The notes: generated by a model not told the origin, from the letters alone. Counted from the stretch's first letter, positions 39,630 to 52,688 are shown. The stretch is DNA of 64,000 bases from Octopus vulgaris (GCA_951406725.2 OX597816.1:73842001-73906000); one strand, 5' to 3'. Program-made: numbers and translations.

Positions 39630-42453
39630 GGGTGGTTGATTCTCAATTAGTTTTAATGATGATGATTCAGTTATTTGAGCAATTGAATCTCCTGCTCATT
39701 GAATTAGCATGCAAGTGGTCGAGTACTCCACAGACGTGTGTACCCTTGATATAATCCTTAGGCAGAATCATAGTGATACAGTGGGAGTTTGTAAAACAAA
39801 GTGTAACTTAGTAAATTACAGTTCCCGGCTTCTGTACAGTTTCTGTCCATCCAATTTCACTCCTAATGTAAAGGTTGAAGTGGAGATTAGGGTGTTGGAT
39901 TCATGACTGTAAGATTGTGGTTTCAATTCCTGAATTGGGCAATGTGTTGCATCCTTGAGCAAGACACTTTATTTCACATTGTTCCAGTTCACTCAGCTGA
40001 CAAAAATGAGTAGTACCTGTGATGGACTGGCATCCCATCCAGGAGAAAGTATATTCGTCAGAGAATCCAGGAAAGCAACCTTGTGAGTTTATATGACTTG
40101 AGAAGGATCCTTATCCTTTGTTTGGGTTGACCCAAAGCTATAGAAAATGACATTTGCCTCCTAAGATGCCAACAGTCAGATTGAACCTAGGACCTCATGG
40201 TTATGAAGCAAACTTTTTAACTAATCAACCACATTATGTCTATACACACACATGCACAATTATACTTATCCTTATAATATACAATGGGGGTTTCTGTAAA
40301 TCAGAAGGGTGTCCTTCAACAATGACTCCCCCTATAAATACTAAAGGTGACCCCTTGATAATACATGGTGAAGAAAGGTGCAGACCTCCCCCAAAGCTTA
40401 CAACATAGTAGACTTCACTAAATACACCCAAAGACAACCAGATGGTAGTTTTTATCTGAACACTAATTTGACCCTTTTGCTACGATATTTCTGTTAAAAT
40501 ACACAACCTTTGTTTTGGTCAAATTTTAAAATAATGAAAAATTTAGTAAATTAACTGTCATTAATAACTGGTGTTTGGAATATAAATTTGTGGCAAAGCT
40601 TCTACTGTATTTTGAACCATCTGACTCAGATTTCTTGGTTTAGAACCATGGCTTAAGTATGATACCATAAATGGTAAAGGCCGGCTACAAGAAATAAACT
40701 GTTTCACCATAAAAGTCAATGACACATCCATGAATATGGTTTAACCAATCAGATTGGCTCATGTGTAACCAATCAGTGGTAGACTTGAAAGAAAGTTTTG
40801 TGAATTTTCTTGCTAAATAGTTCTACAAAAGGTTCTAGAACTTTGGCTAAACATTATAAAAGTTGGGATACTGAACTCCCAAGCAGAACAACTTCAGATG
40901 CTACACAGAACTTTGTCAATCAGTTTTGTCGCAAAGGTGTTCTCACTTTTCTACTTTGTTATACAAAACCATGAACAGCTTTTGTATAAATAAGTAAAAT
41001 ATACTATGCAATGAAGATTTTTAACTATCACATTCATTATCCCATGTAAGCCATTTTATTCAAATATTTATAGTACAAACATAAATGTTTGGGGTTATAA
41101 AAACCATTGAAACAAGAAATATTAGTGTGTTTGATCATTCTCACCTTCACACACAGCCTACCTAATAATGTGAACTACCAACAATAATTTAATGACAAAC
41201 TTGCGCTAAAATGGATAACCTGACTAAAAATTAATATGAACATTTGATGGAAGGTTCTAATTTGGACCACTGAAAACCAGAAAGTTCATATCATAAAACC
41301 AAGGGTGGTCTCAGCAAGGTTGGTATTAAAAGCAAAGTTTACTGGTTAAACCCATCAACACATAGTTTGGTGAAAAGAAATAAATAAATGGAGTAAAAGT
41401 ATTAAATAGGAGAGTCTAAATAGCCAAAACTGTGAAAAATAGGTTGATGTCACTCCCAGTTGTTGGCTTATATCCTGGTTGATGTAATAGTACAATTACA
41501 ATAGATCTTTTATCTCATGCAGTCAGCTTTTATTTGATTCATTGACAACATGGTACAAGATACAGTTGTGTGGTTAAGACATTCACTTTACTTTGCAACC
41601 ATGAGATGCTGGGTTCAAGCCTACAAGCATCTTGGTACTTCAATATTTTAGAGGTCAATGTCACTGGCAATTTGAACAAATGTTTTCTTCCAGAGTCTCA
41701 GTTTCACAGAATGCCTAGTGAATAGAATTTGGTACACTGTGTGAGCCCAGGACTATTAACCATGAGGACTACTGCAACAAAAGTGAAATGCAAATTTAGT
41801 TATATTAAAAGTGCTTAGTCATATTTGTTTGACGCGCTGGTTTTTCGCTATGCGACATCAATCTTCTTTTAACATCTGTCTTGAAGGATAATGGTGTTTG
41901 CTTCATTGGTCAGTTATAATCACACTGATGTGATTTCCCCAGGGTCTGATCCTGTACTGGTTATATGGAGATCCTGGTTACAACCTAAACAACAGAGACC
42001 CCTTTTCAACTTCACTGGAGTACTCCAAAGAATGGAAATAAAAAATTTGTGTGTGTGTGTATCTTTTATCTTTTGTTCGTTTCAGTCATTACATTGCAAC
42101 CATGGTGGGACACCACCTTGAAGAATTTTAGTTGAACAGATTAACCCCAGTATTTGCGTGTATTTAGATTAAGCCTGGTACTTAATCTATTAATCTATTT
42201 TACTGAACTGCTAAGTTATGGGGGCATAAACACACCAACACTGGTTTCAAGCAGTGGTGGTGGACACACGGACACACACACACACATACACATGATGGGC
42301 TTCTTTCAGTTTCTATCTACCAAATCCACTCACAAGGCTTTGGCTAGCTCAAAGCTATAGTAGAAGACACTTGCCTAAGTTGCCATACAATGGGAATGAA
42401 CCCAGAACCAAATGGTTGGGAAGAAAACTTCTTATCACACAGCTGTACCTGTG

Positions 42454-43869
42454 TACATCCACGATACCAACCATGCTCTCCGGCTTTTCAACTCTTTCTC
42501 CTTTCCTCCCGGCTCCTCCAAAATCCTTTTTACTATGGACATCCAAAGCCTCTATACTGTTATCCCTCACCACGAAGGACTGCAGGCCCTTCGACACTTT
42601 CTTGACCTCCGCTCTAACCCTGTACCTGACACCTCCACACTCATTCGTCTGGCCGAACTTGTCCTTACTCTGAACTGCTTCTCGTTCGCGGGCGAGTTCT
42701 ACCATCAGGTCTCGGGAGTGGCCATGGGAACGCGAATGGGCCCCAACTATGCGAACCTGTTCGTTGGCTATGTTGAGGCCCAAATATTCTCTAATTTCAC
42801 TGGTCCCACTCCTGAACTATATGGTCGTTACATTGACGACATTATCGGTGCCACCTCACTCTCCCGCGAACATCTAGATTCCTTCCTCTCTTTCGTCCAA
42901 TCTTTCCATCCAGCCCTCCACTTCACTTCCACTATCTCCAACACCTCTGTCTCCTTCCTCGACATTTCGGTTAGCATTCTTCACTCCACTCTTACCACCT
43001 CCATTCACTACAAACACACAGACTCACACTCATACCTCAACTTCTCTTCCTCCCGCCCAGAACACACCAAGCTTTCCATCCCCTATTCCCAATTCCTCCG
43101 TCTACGTAGGCTCTGTAGTGACGACCATAACTTTGAGACTCAGTTTCAACGTATGGCTCACCACTTCACCCTACGTGGATACCCCCTCACCACTATCCAC
43201 ACCGCCCTTGCCAGAACACGGTCCGTGGACCGTGTATCTGCTCTCTCTCCCCGAACCCGCCCTGTAGTCTCCCGCCTCCCTTTTCCCCTCACTTACCACC
43301 CCACGACCCTACGTCTCCAACGCACCATTCTTCGAGCTTTCCGTCAGCTCCAGTCCGACCCGTCCACTTCACACCTCTTCCCTAACCGACCCCTCCCCTC
43401 TTTCAAACGAGCCCACAACCTTCGAGACCTTTTGGTCCATAGCTCCTTCCCTGACCCTACCTCCCAACCCGGCTCGTTCCCCTGCTCCCGCCCACGTTGC
43501 CGCACTTGCCCTTACCTCTCCAACACCACCCGCCTCACTAGCACCCACCATCGACCCTATCCCATCATCCACTCCTTCACCTGCACCTCCAGCCATATTA
43601 TCTATTGCATCTCTTGCTCTCTCTGCAATTCCTTGTACATCGGACAAATGGGACGCCGCTTGGCTGACCGGTTCGCGGAACACCTTCGTGACATCCACTT
43701 TGCGAACGACACACCGGTCTCACGCCATTTCCGCTCCACCGGTCACTCCTTGCAACACCTATCTGTGTTCGGTTTGTCCTTACACAGAGGCCATCCAGAT
43801 TCCCGTTTGCGCCGTGAACAGGAATTAATCTTCTCTCTTCGCTCTTATACGCCATTTGGTCTCAACTCT
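42454..43869 (+). CDS. Penelope-like reverse transcriptase + Cys-linker + GIY-YIG endonuclease (N-terminally truncated)
   Basis: MDIQSLYTVIPH, QVSGVAMGTRMGPNYANLFV, RYIDD, FLD, YKHTD, CSRPRCRTC, IIYCISCSLCNSLYIGQ..RFAEH, PFGLN. The ORF ends outside these coordinates are SINE and low-complexity read-through. Confidence 0.93.
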
Positions 43870-44477
43870 CCTCCCTCCTCATCTAACCCCCCTCTCCCCC
43901 CTCCTCACCTATCCTTTCCCCCCCGACCCCTACTTCTTCAGTCCTTCATCCTTTCACCCCTACTCCCCTTCCCTTCTTCCCTCTTTCTCCCTCCCTCCTT
44001 CCCTCTTCCCCTTCCCTCTGCTCCCTCACTCCCTCTCTCCCCTTCTCTCTCCCCCTCTCCCTCTTTCCTCCTTCCTCCCCCTCATCCCCTTCCTTCTCCC
44101 CCTCCCCATCCTCTCCTCCTCCTCCTCCCCTTCTCTTTCCCCCCTCTTCTTCCCCTCCCCTTCTCTCCCCCTCTTCTCCCCCTCCCCCTCTTCTCCTCAC
44201 TACACCACACGACGTTACACATCACATCATATATGATGTGCCATACTAATACATACACCAATTAATACATACTAATACGTACTAATACATACTAATACAT
44301 ACTAATACATACACCAACCCTATACATACACACGTCCAGACCCCGCATACGCACTTATACTCTCTCATACACACACACACACACTTATACATACTAATAC
44401 GTACTAATACATACTAATACATACACCAACCCCATACATACGCACGTCCAGACCAATCCTACGCACTAATACTCTCT

Positions 44478-44512
<35 letters not shown>

Positions 44513-44746
44513 ATACATACTAATACATACACCAACCCTATACATTCACACGTCCAGACCCCTCCTACGCACTATTAGCTGGTCCTTCAACCCTTTTATC
44601 AACCCTATTATCTCCCCTTATTTCGCTCTCGCGTCTCATGTTTGATCTTTGACCTCTGGCCGAAATCAGATCGCCATGTTGATTCGTTAGCTACTGCACG
44701 CATTTTTTTCTCTCCTTCTTTCTGTGTTTTTTTGTCTCTCTGTGTA

Positions 44747-44784
44747 TCTTTCTGTTGAAGAGCGTAGGCTCGAAACGTTAAAGA
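44747..44784 (+). ncRNA. HHR-like motif of the Neptune terminal repeat (atypical CUGUUGA core)
   Basis: UCUUU-CUGUUGA-a-GAGC guag GCUC-GAAA-CG-UU/AAAGA. Confidence 0.65.
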
Positions 44785-44881
44785 CTTGTTTTATTTATAT
44801 TTCCTGAGCGCCATACTAATACAATTGTTCGTTTGTTTTCCACCTGCCTTCGTCTTTTGTCTATTTTCATAAAGCTTCCCG

Positions 44882-44916
<35 letters not shown>

Positions 44917-45183
44917 TGGCTGTAGTGGTTGCACTTGCTGACCCGACTACATTGTATTCATTGATGAGGGGCCTGCTGTGAATAAGGTCAAACCAAAGAA
45001 CCATACTACCCACCCAGACATATGCAGACTCACATAGCAAAGTAAGTCCATCATCACCACACACATCTCCACCTCCTTACAACCACCATTCCTTCCTTTC
45101 TTTCCATCACCTTCCACCCCTCCCCCACCAAATGCACACAGAAATACCCACATACCCCAATCATTCTTCTCATTATTCAAAAT

Positions 45184-45849
45184 TGATTAACAACCCTCAG
45201 TTAAACATTCATTGATATTATTTAGTCCGAAGAAATGAACGAATGGACTGTGATCCACCCGGTGTCCATCAATACTACAGACTGCACTGTAATCGTCCCA
45301 GGAATACAGAGTATGATCTTAAAAGAAACCTGTGCTATGTGGAAACGTACGTAGCAATGCATTAAAACATTTCTAAATTCCATCTAAGGATTATTGTTGA
45401 TATTACTATGTTCATCCTACATTATATTGGTGCAGCTCAGTGTGACCCCCAAAACCTGGTATTGCCAGCTGGCATTGTTATACTGTAGCCGGCATAATAG
45501 AATAGGGGCTTTTATATGCATGTTCAAAACATTTCCTATAAATGAAATTAAAGGATATACATATATATATGTATGTATGTGTGTGTGTATAATTCTATAT
45601 ACAAACACATTGTTTGTAGTCTCTCGAGTCTGAGGAAAACAATTCCACAAAATCTGGCTGAACAAGCAGCAGAGATGATTTGATAATGATGATCAAATGT
45701 CTGTGCAAATGTCAAATCAACAATGGCAGGCACATTAAAGCATACAGGTGCATTAATGCATACAGCATGAAACTAAACAAAAAAAAAAAACAAAAGAAAA
45801 ATCTTTTCCATTTTAGTAAACACTTCAACAGCAAAGGTAGCTTGCAAAG
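45184..45849. repeat. ~665-bp segment duplicated at 48076-48741
   Basis: Near-identical sequence; identical ORF-track peptides offset by 2891 bp. Confidence 0.95.
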
Positions 45850-46189
45850 CAACTAAAAAACAAGAAATGATAAAGCATTAGCTACATAGCCACGCCCTTG
45901 CTACCTGTCCAACTTGGCCATCAAAAGCTATGTAAAATATGGGAGATTTTTCTGCCACACCCTGCATACATCACGGATGTCTCCTTTGTATTTAAGACAG
46001 ACAATTCAAAGCCAGACTGAAACTATAAATATTAATGATTGAATATAAAATGCTAAATGATTTCCAGTTTGTTCTAAAAATACTAATTAGATGCGTGAAA
46101 TTCATTGATACATAATTCATTAAATGGATGCTATTTTAGCATTTGACTGGCACAATTTCTATGTCTTTTAATTTCAGTAAATAATCACA

Positions 46190-47600
46190 CAATTTTCCCA
46201 TACCCACCTCTTCCCTATTCTCTTTAGAGCTAGAAAGACTCGGAGAAATAAACCAATCTGGAAGAGAAGACAATGGAAGCTCAAAGACCTAGCAAACAGA
46301 CAAAAATTTGGAGATTTACTAATGGAAGCTTCTGACGAAAGATTGGAAGAGTTGAGGACATATAGCTTAGAGGACAATTGGAAGTTCCTGCAGAACAATC
46401 TACTGAGGGCTATGGATGAAATCTGTGGTTGATGCAGAATTCCAGATAGACCAAGCGTGACATGATAGTGGAGCAAAGAGGTTGACAGTGCTATAAAAGC
46501 AAAAAAAAAAAAAAAACAGGCCTGGAAAGACTAGAAAACTGGTGAAGATAAGAGATTTGCAAATGTTCTACAGCATGAAGATCAGAGGTGTGAGGCGTTC
46601 AGGATTGTAAAGCAGTGTATCAGAGAGAATAGAGATGTGGTGGGTGAGAGATATGTGCGAATGGATAATGGTATGCTTGCACTTAGTGACACAGAGAAGA
46701 AGAATGCAGGGAAGTGTCACTATGAAAGGTAACTAAACATGGAAAATGAATGGGAGAAAGAGTGTCTATCAAATATCCAACCAATTGAGGGACCAGCCAT
46801 CAGAGTTGATAGCAGCATAATAGATAAGGTAATTAAGGACATGAAGACAGGGAAAGCCCCTGGGCCATCAGGAATCACAGCCGAGATGATCAAAATTTCT
46901 GGTGGTGTTTGATACAGTCTAGTCACCCATATAGTTAATCAGGCTATTCAGGAAGACATCATCCCCAATGACTGGTGTAGTGGTATTATAGTTAACTACT
47001 ATAAGAGTAAAGGTGATGCCTTAGATAGAAACAACTACAGAGAGATTAAATTGCCAGACCAAGTCATGAAAATTACTGAGAAGGTTATAACTCAATTGAT
47101 TAGAAATAGAATTAAACTAGATGAAATGATATTTGGTTTTGTTCCTGGGAAGAGTACCACAGATGCCATCTTCCTAGTGAGACAGCTGCAGGAAAAGTAC
47201 TTGGCCAAAAGTAAGCCATTGTACTTAGTCTTCGTCAACCTGGAGAAGGCTTTTATCAGTGCACATGTATGGCAAAGTCCAAATGTATTGAGAGAAGAGT
47301 TGGGCATAAGTGGAATCAAATGTAGCATGTAAGAGAGAAGACTATGTTGGTTTGGACATGTGATGTGTATGAATGAGGAGAGCTGCATAAAGAGGTGCTG
47401 ATCACTGAAAGTGAATGATATCTGCAGAAGAGGGAGACCCAGGAAGATATGGGATGTAGTGGTAAGGGCCAATCTCAGGATGTTGGACCTCACAGATGAA
47501 ATGTCAATGGACCTGAAGTTCTTGAGACCTGAAGTTCTGTTGACATGAAGTTCTTGAGAAGACCCACCCACGTCAGCAAAACTGAGTTTTAGAAGTGCTG
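46190..47600 (+). mobile_element. Decayed, internally deleted RTE-clade LINE
   Basis: MKTGKAPGPSGITAEM, YKSKGDALDRNNYR, FGFVPGKSTTDAIFLVRQLQEKY, RRGRPRKIW. Confidence 0.9.
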
Positions 47601-47844
47601 TGTGTCCCACCCACACATAACAAGAAAACTTCTCACACACCCTACCACAACAAACCAAACTACGTCTCTACATCTCTTCTCTTCCTCACATTTCTGCTTC
47701 ATGTACTATGCTTACCTCCTACTCCCCAATCATGTCCTCTTGGCCCTGTGCTCTATAAAACAATGCTGGAACTTTTGTGAAGTGATGCCTTTTAACACCT
47801 CTGTTATTTTTTTTCTTCACCTCTTCCACATCTGCAAATTCCAT

Positions 47845-49180
47845 AGCACCAGCTTTCGTCACCAGTGATGACCTCCAAAAAAAGGTCCAGATCAACTTCC
47901 AACTGGTCTTTCAGTTCACAACATGCATTCAGTTGTGACTACTTCTGAGCTTCCGTGAGCAAGTGAGGCACAAATTTCACTGCGACTCTCTTTATTCCCA
48001 AGTCCTCACTCATAATTCATTGGCAGGAGCTCCAGGACACTTGAGTCACATCAACAAGTTTATCAATTGTTCAGTGATTAACAACCCTCAGTTAAACATT
48101 CATTGATATTATTTAGTCCGAAGAAATGAACGAATGGACTGTGATCCACCCAATGTCCATCAATACTACAGACTGCACTGTAATCGTCCCAGGAATACAG
48201 AGTATGATCTTAAAAGAAACCTGTGCTATGTCGAAACGTATGTAGCAATGCATTAAAACATTTCTAAATTCCATCTAAGGATTATTGTTGATATTACTAT
48301 GTTCATCCTACATTATATTGGTGCAGCTCAGTGTGACCCCCAAAACCTGGTATTGCCAGCTGGCATTGTTATACTGTAGCCGGCATAATAGAATAGGGGC
48401 TTTTATATGCATGTTCAAAACATTTCCTATAAATGAAATTAAAGGATATACATATATATATGTATGTATGTGTGTGTGTATAATTCTATATACAAACACA
48501 TTGTTTGTAGTCTCTCGAGTCTGAGGAAAACAATTCCACAAAATCTGGCTGAACAAGCAGCAGAGATGATTTGATAATGATGATCAAATGTCTGTGCAAA
48601 TGTCAAATCAACAATGGCAGGCACATTAAAGCATACAGGTGCATTAATGCATACAGCATGAAACTAAACAAAAAAAAAAAAACAAAAGAAAAATCTTTTC
48701 CATTTTAGTAAACACTTCAACAGCAAAGGTAGTTTGCAAAGATCAGTTCATGAATTTTCATGATGTTTTTATTCATTCGGGAGGTCAATGGTTGCCCTGA
48801 ACTAGGTTGGTCATCAAGTGACAGGTGACCATTCCTAAAGAGTGAAAACCACTTGTAAACTTGTGTTTTGCTTATGGCTGTGTCCTTGTAAGCTGTTTGA
48901 AGTATGAGAACCGTTTCAGCCATCGTTTTCCTCAGCAGAAAACAGAATTTCACAGAAGCGTGCTGTTCCTTCATTTCAGTCATTGCAAAAATCAATGAAC
49001 AATGGAGAATCACTGTAAAACAAAAATGCAGCATTTGGAAGTATGACCCCACTGGACAACACTGTCTGGTCAGCAGACTGATGCCTGAGGGTCACATGAA
49101 GAGGCTTTTAGTGGCAGAAGCCTGAACTACCATGGGCTTGTCCCACAGAGAACATTTCCAGTTACTTTTGGTATGCCCTC
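47845..49180 (-). mobile_element. Mariner transposase relic interrupted by the duplicated 665-bp segment
   Basis: EQHASVKFCFLL..VYKWFSLF..KIHELIFAN (48733-49000) continues as NH*TIDKL..RVAVKFVPHLLT..ITGDESW (47845-48080). Confidence 0.85.
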
Positions 49181-50701
49181 ATATAATTTTACATATTCTG
49201 GTAAAATGAAATTTCTCTCTAAAAATTATGTGGGAATACGTAGGTACAAACTACGCTACACTTTTTTAATTCTTATACAGAAACTTTGCTTGTGAAGACC
49301 TATTGAGGCAAGTGAAATCAAATCAAAATCGCTGACATGGCCGATAACAGTACGTCTGATTGGCACTCATGCCAGTGGAATTTTAAGAGTACATCTGAAT
49401 GTTGGGTGTAACTGGCCCACTTATGAGTACCCCTCATTCATTGGACAATGAACTTTGCTTGTAAAGACCTATTGAGGCAAGTGAAATCAAATCAAAATCG
49501 CTGACATGGCTGATGACAGTGCCACCTGATTGGTACTCGTGCCAGTGGAATGTTAAAAGTACATCCAAGCATGAGCGTTGCTTGGGCCACGGATTGGCTC
49601 CCATGTCAGTGGCACATGAAAAGCACCATTCAAGCGTAATCGTTGCCAATGTCGCCTTGCCAGCACATGTGCTGGTGACACGTGAAAAATAACATTTAAG
49701 CATGGTCGCTACCAGTGCCGTCAGACTGGCTCCTGTGCAGGTAACACGTAAAAAGCACCTTTTGAGTGTGGTGGTTGCCAGAATTGCCTGACTGGCCCTC
49801 ATGCCGGTGGCATGTAAAAAGCACCCGCTACACTCTCGGAATGGTTGGCATTAGGAAGGGCATCCAGCTGTAGAAACACTGCCAGATCAGATTGAGCCTG
49901 GTGCAGTCTTCTGGCTCACCAGTCCTCAGTCAAACCATCCAACCCATGCCAGCATGGAAAGCGGACATTAAATGACAATGATGATGATGATGAAACACAC
50001 ACACATACATAAGTAGTATGTATATGCTATATTTATTCATGTATAAGTTTCACTCATATATAAGCCACATCCCAAAATGAGTGTTACACCTTGATACAAA
50101 ATATTTTCCCCATTCAAACTGATTTCAGTTTTGCCTTATATGTAAGTCACACCCCAGATTTTTCCAGTTAGAATCAAGAATAGTGTGACATATTTACATT
50201 AAAAAACAGTGTAGCTATATATGTGTATCTGTTTTTGTATTATTAAACTGAGGTTATTCATTTTAAGTAAGCTTAACAAAAACAATAGACCATTTACAAA
50301 TGGATGACCTGCAATTAAAAGTAGGGTCATCTTTACTGTAAAATTTGAGATTTTTCTGTTTGACTCACAAAGTTTGATTCTTTATGACATTTTCTACACA
50401 GATGTAGTTCTGTATACTAATTATGAAAGTCACATTATTATTATTACCTCCACCTTAGCGAAGGCAGAGGTATCGTTTTTAGTTATGTTTCTTTGTTTGT
50501 CCGTGGATAAGATATCTCAAGAACCGCTGGATGGATTCATAGGAAGCTTTCAGTTTCCGTCTACCAAATCTACTCACAAGGCTTTGGTCAGCCCAAGGCT
50601 ATAGTAGAAGACACTTGCCCAAGTTGCCATGCAGTGGTACTGAACCCAGAACAATGTGGTTGGTAAACAAGTTACTTACCACCCAGCCACTCCTGTACCT
50701 G

Positions 50702-50744
<43 letters not shown>

Positions 50745-50877
50745 AAAATAGGGGGTTTAGTTCACAGGTGATGTAAACGATTAGGTATTCTAGGTGGGTG
50801 TTGTAACAGATTGCTAGGGCTCCATGGTTACACCAGAGTTATGAAGCCATTGCAGATTTCCAATATAACTGATATAA

Positions 50878-51348
50878 AATTGTTAAAGAGGACAACAAAC
50901 GTTATCGCCAGGCAAACATCTCAAGGCATATATATTATTATTATTGCAAAATAAATTCAAAGTCTTACAGCTGTTTCTGGGATATTCCAGAGTACGGGAT
51001 ATTCCTGAGTATGGGATATTCCATCATTGGAGACAAATAGGGAAAATGAGAAGGGTATAGATTAATGAAATGATGATGGAATAAGATCAGAAAGTTGAAC
51101 TGAATTTTTATGTTTCTTCTTTCTTCTCTCTCTTCATCTCCTTATTCCTTTACTCCTGTGCTCTATGTTGTCATTTTATTAATCTATACCCTTCTCATTT
51201 TCCCTATTTGTCTCTGATGACAGAATATCCCATACTCTGGGATATCATAGAAACAGCTGTAAGACTTTGAATCTTTTTTTTCCAATAATAATAATGTATA
51301 CTTGAGATGTTTGCCTTGCCTTAATGTTTGTTGTCCTCTTAAACAATT
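50878..51348. mobile_element. Fold-back PLE-type terminal remnant (left arm extends to the (TA)n at ~50742)
   Basis: Arms 50878-51073 and 51171-51348. Confidence 0.8.
51210..51265 (+). ncRNA. Minimal type I HHR (mirror copy on minus at ~50962-51034)
   Basis: GUCU-CUGAUGA-..AUAUCCCA/UGGGAUAU..-GAAA-CAGCUG-UA/AGAC. Confidence 0.75.
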
Positions 51349-51493
51349 ATATATATCATCATCATCATCATCATCATCAAGCATTTTAAATCAACCATGT
51401 TTGGATGGTGCTTTTTATGTGCCAATGGCACAGGAGCCAGTCTGGTAGTACTGGCAATGACCCACGCATGTGTACAATATAAGATATATATAG

Positions 51494-51551
<58 letters not shown>

Positions 51552-52001
51552 CATGATTTATTCGTGATCAGAGTTGTTCGTAAACCGAGGTACTACTGTA
51601 TATTGAAATCATTCAACGCATATGTTTCAAGTTTGCATAATATATAACAGGAAAGGCATCCATTATACAAATGTTCCTCAATCAAAGCTTTTCAAAATAT
51701 CACCATTTTGTTATTTTTTCATTATTACAACTTCTACGACTCAATGCCAGAACAAGCTGACCAGTTCAGACTCCACTTGTGTGGATATTCTAACAAAGAT
51801 TTGGATTAGTTTCATATATTTGGTTTGAGTTGAAGAATTCTTATATTGTACACAGGTTCTTAGAGTAACACAAAATGGTGCCATGTCAAAAGTATATATA
51901 TATATACTACTAATATAGGATGAAGTTTTTTTTACAGAAAAAAAATTCCATCAAAAAATGTGGCAGCATATTAAAATACCTTTACGGTTAAAATTATAAA
52001 C

Positions 52002-52515
52002 AACTTATAAATAAGGGCTAAAGAAAATTATTTCAATGCCAATATGCTGATAACAGACTTTTAAAACGTCAATTTCTACATATTATTTACTCGCTACAGA
52101 AAAAAACGCGAAGAACTGAAATCGGGGAAAGCTGGCCGATAGAATTTTTTTAAAAAGTTCGTTATTTCTATATTGAATCAATTTCGGAATTAATCTCATA
52201 GAAGATTCTTTCCTCTTCAGTAGAACATACGAAAGGCTTTGTCTTTTTTCTATGGGCGCATGTAAGTATCTTATTTATATCCTTTCGCATCTTCTACTGA
52301 AGAGGAAAGAATCTTTTATGAGATTAATTCCGAAATTGATTCAATATAAAAATAACGAACTTTTAAAAAAAATTCTATCGGCCAGCTTTCCCCGATTTCA
52401 GTTCTTCGTGTTTTTTTCTGTAGCGAGGAAATAATATGTGAAAATTGACGATTTAAAAGTCTGTTATCAGCATATTGGCATTGAAATAATTTTCTTTAGC
52501 CCTTATTTATAAGTT
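52002..52515. mobile_element. Fold-back PLE-type terminal remnant with HHR in both arms
   Basis: Arms 52002-52236 and 52281-52515, highly similar; (TA)n flanks. Confidence 0.85.
52166..52225 (-). ncRNA. Type I HHR, intact-looking (plus copy 52292-52351 has a helix I mismatch)
   Basis: UUCUA-CUGAAGA-GGAA..AAUCU/AGAUU..UUCC-GAAA-UUG auu CAA-UA/UAGAA. Confidence 0.75.
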
Positions 52516-52688
52516 ATATATATACACATATATATGTATACACATATATGACAGGCTTCTTTTAGTTTCCGTCTACCAAATCCACTCACAACGCTTTGGT
52601 CAGCCTGAGGCTATAGTAGAAGACACTTGCCCAAGATGCCCCACAGTGGAACTGAACCCGGGTTCAAGCTGTATATATGTATATGTAT

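Larger units (their letters stand above)
42454..44882 (+). mobile_element. 5'-truncated Penelope-like element (Neptune type) ending in (TA)n
   Basis: Uninterrupted RT+GIY-YIG frame, C/T-rich strand, 3' UTR tandem repeats 44245-44575, terminal HHR-like motif, (TA)n at 44883. The 5' end abuts a SINE head. Confidence 0.92.

Noticed and set aside
43870-44265. Pro/Leu/Ser-rich C-terminal 130 aa of the 617-aa ORF and overlapping ORFs
   Set aside because: Read-through into a polypyrimidine tract after the PFGLN end of the endonuclease; no stop is possible without purines.
45620-45685. Plus-strand terminal exon LSSLRKTIPQNLAEQAAEMI*
   Set aside because: Acceptor-like site only; no recognisable homology or linked upstream exons.
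45184-48741. LTR retrotransposon (two 665-bp direct repeats around an RT)
   Set aside because: The internal RT is a decayed RTE LINE, there is no PBS, PPT or TSD, and the right copy interrupts a mariner.
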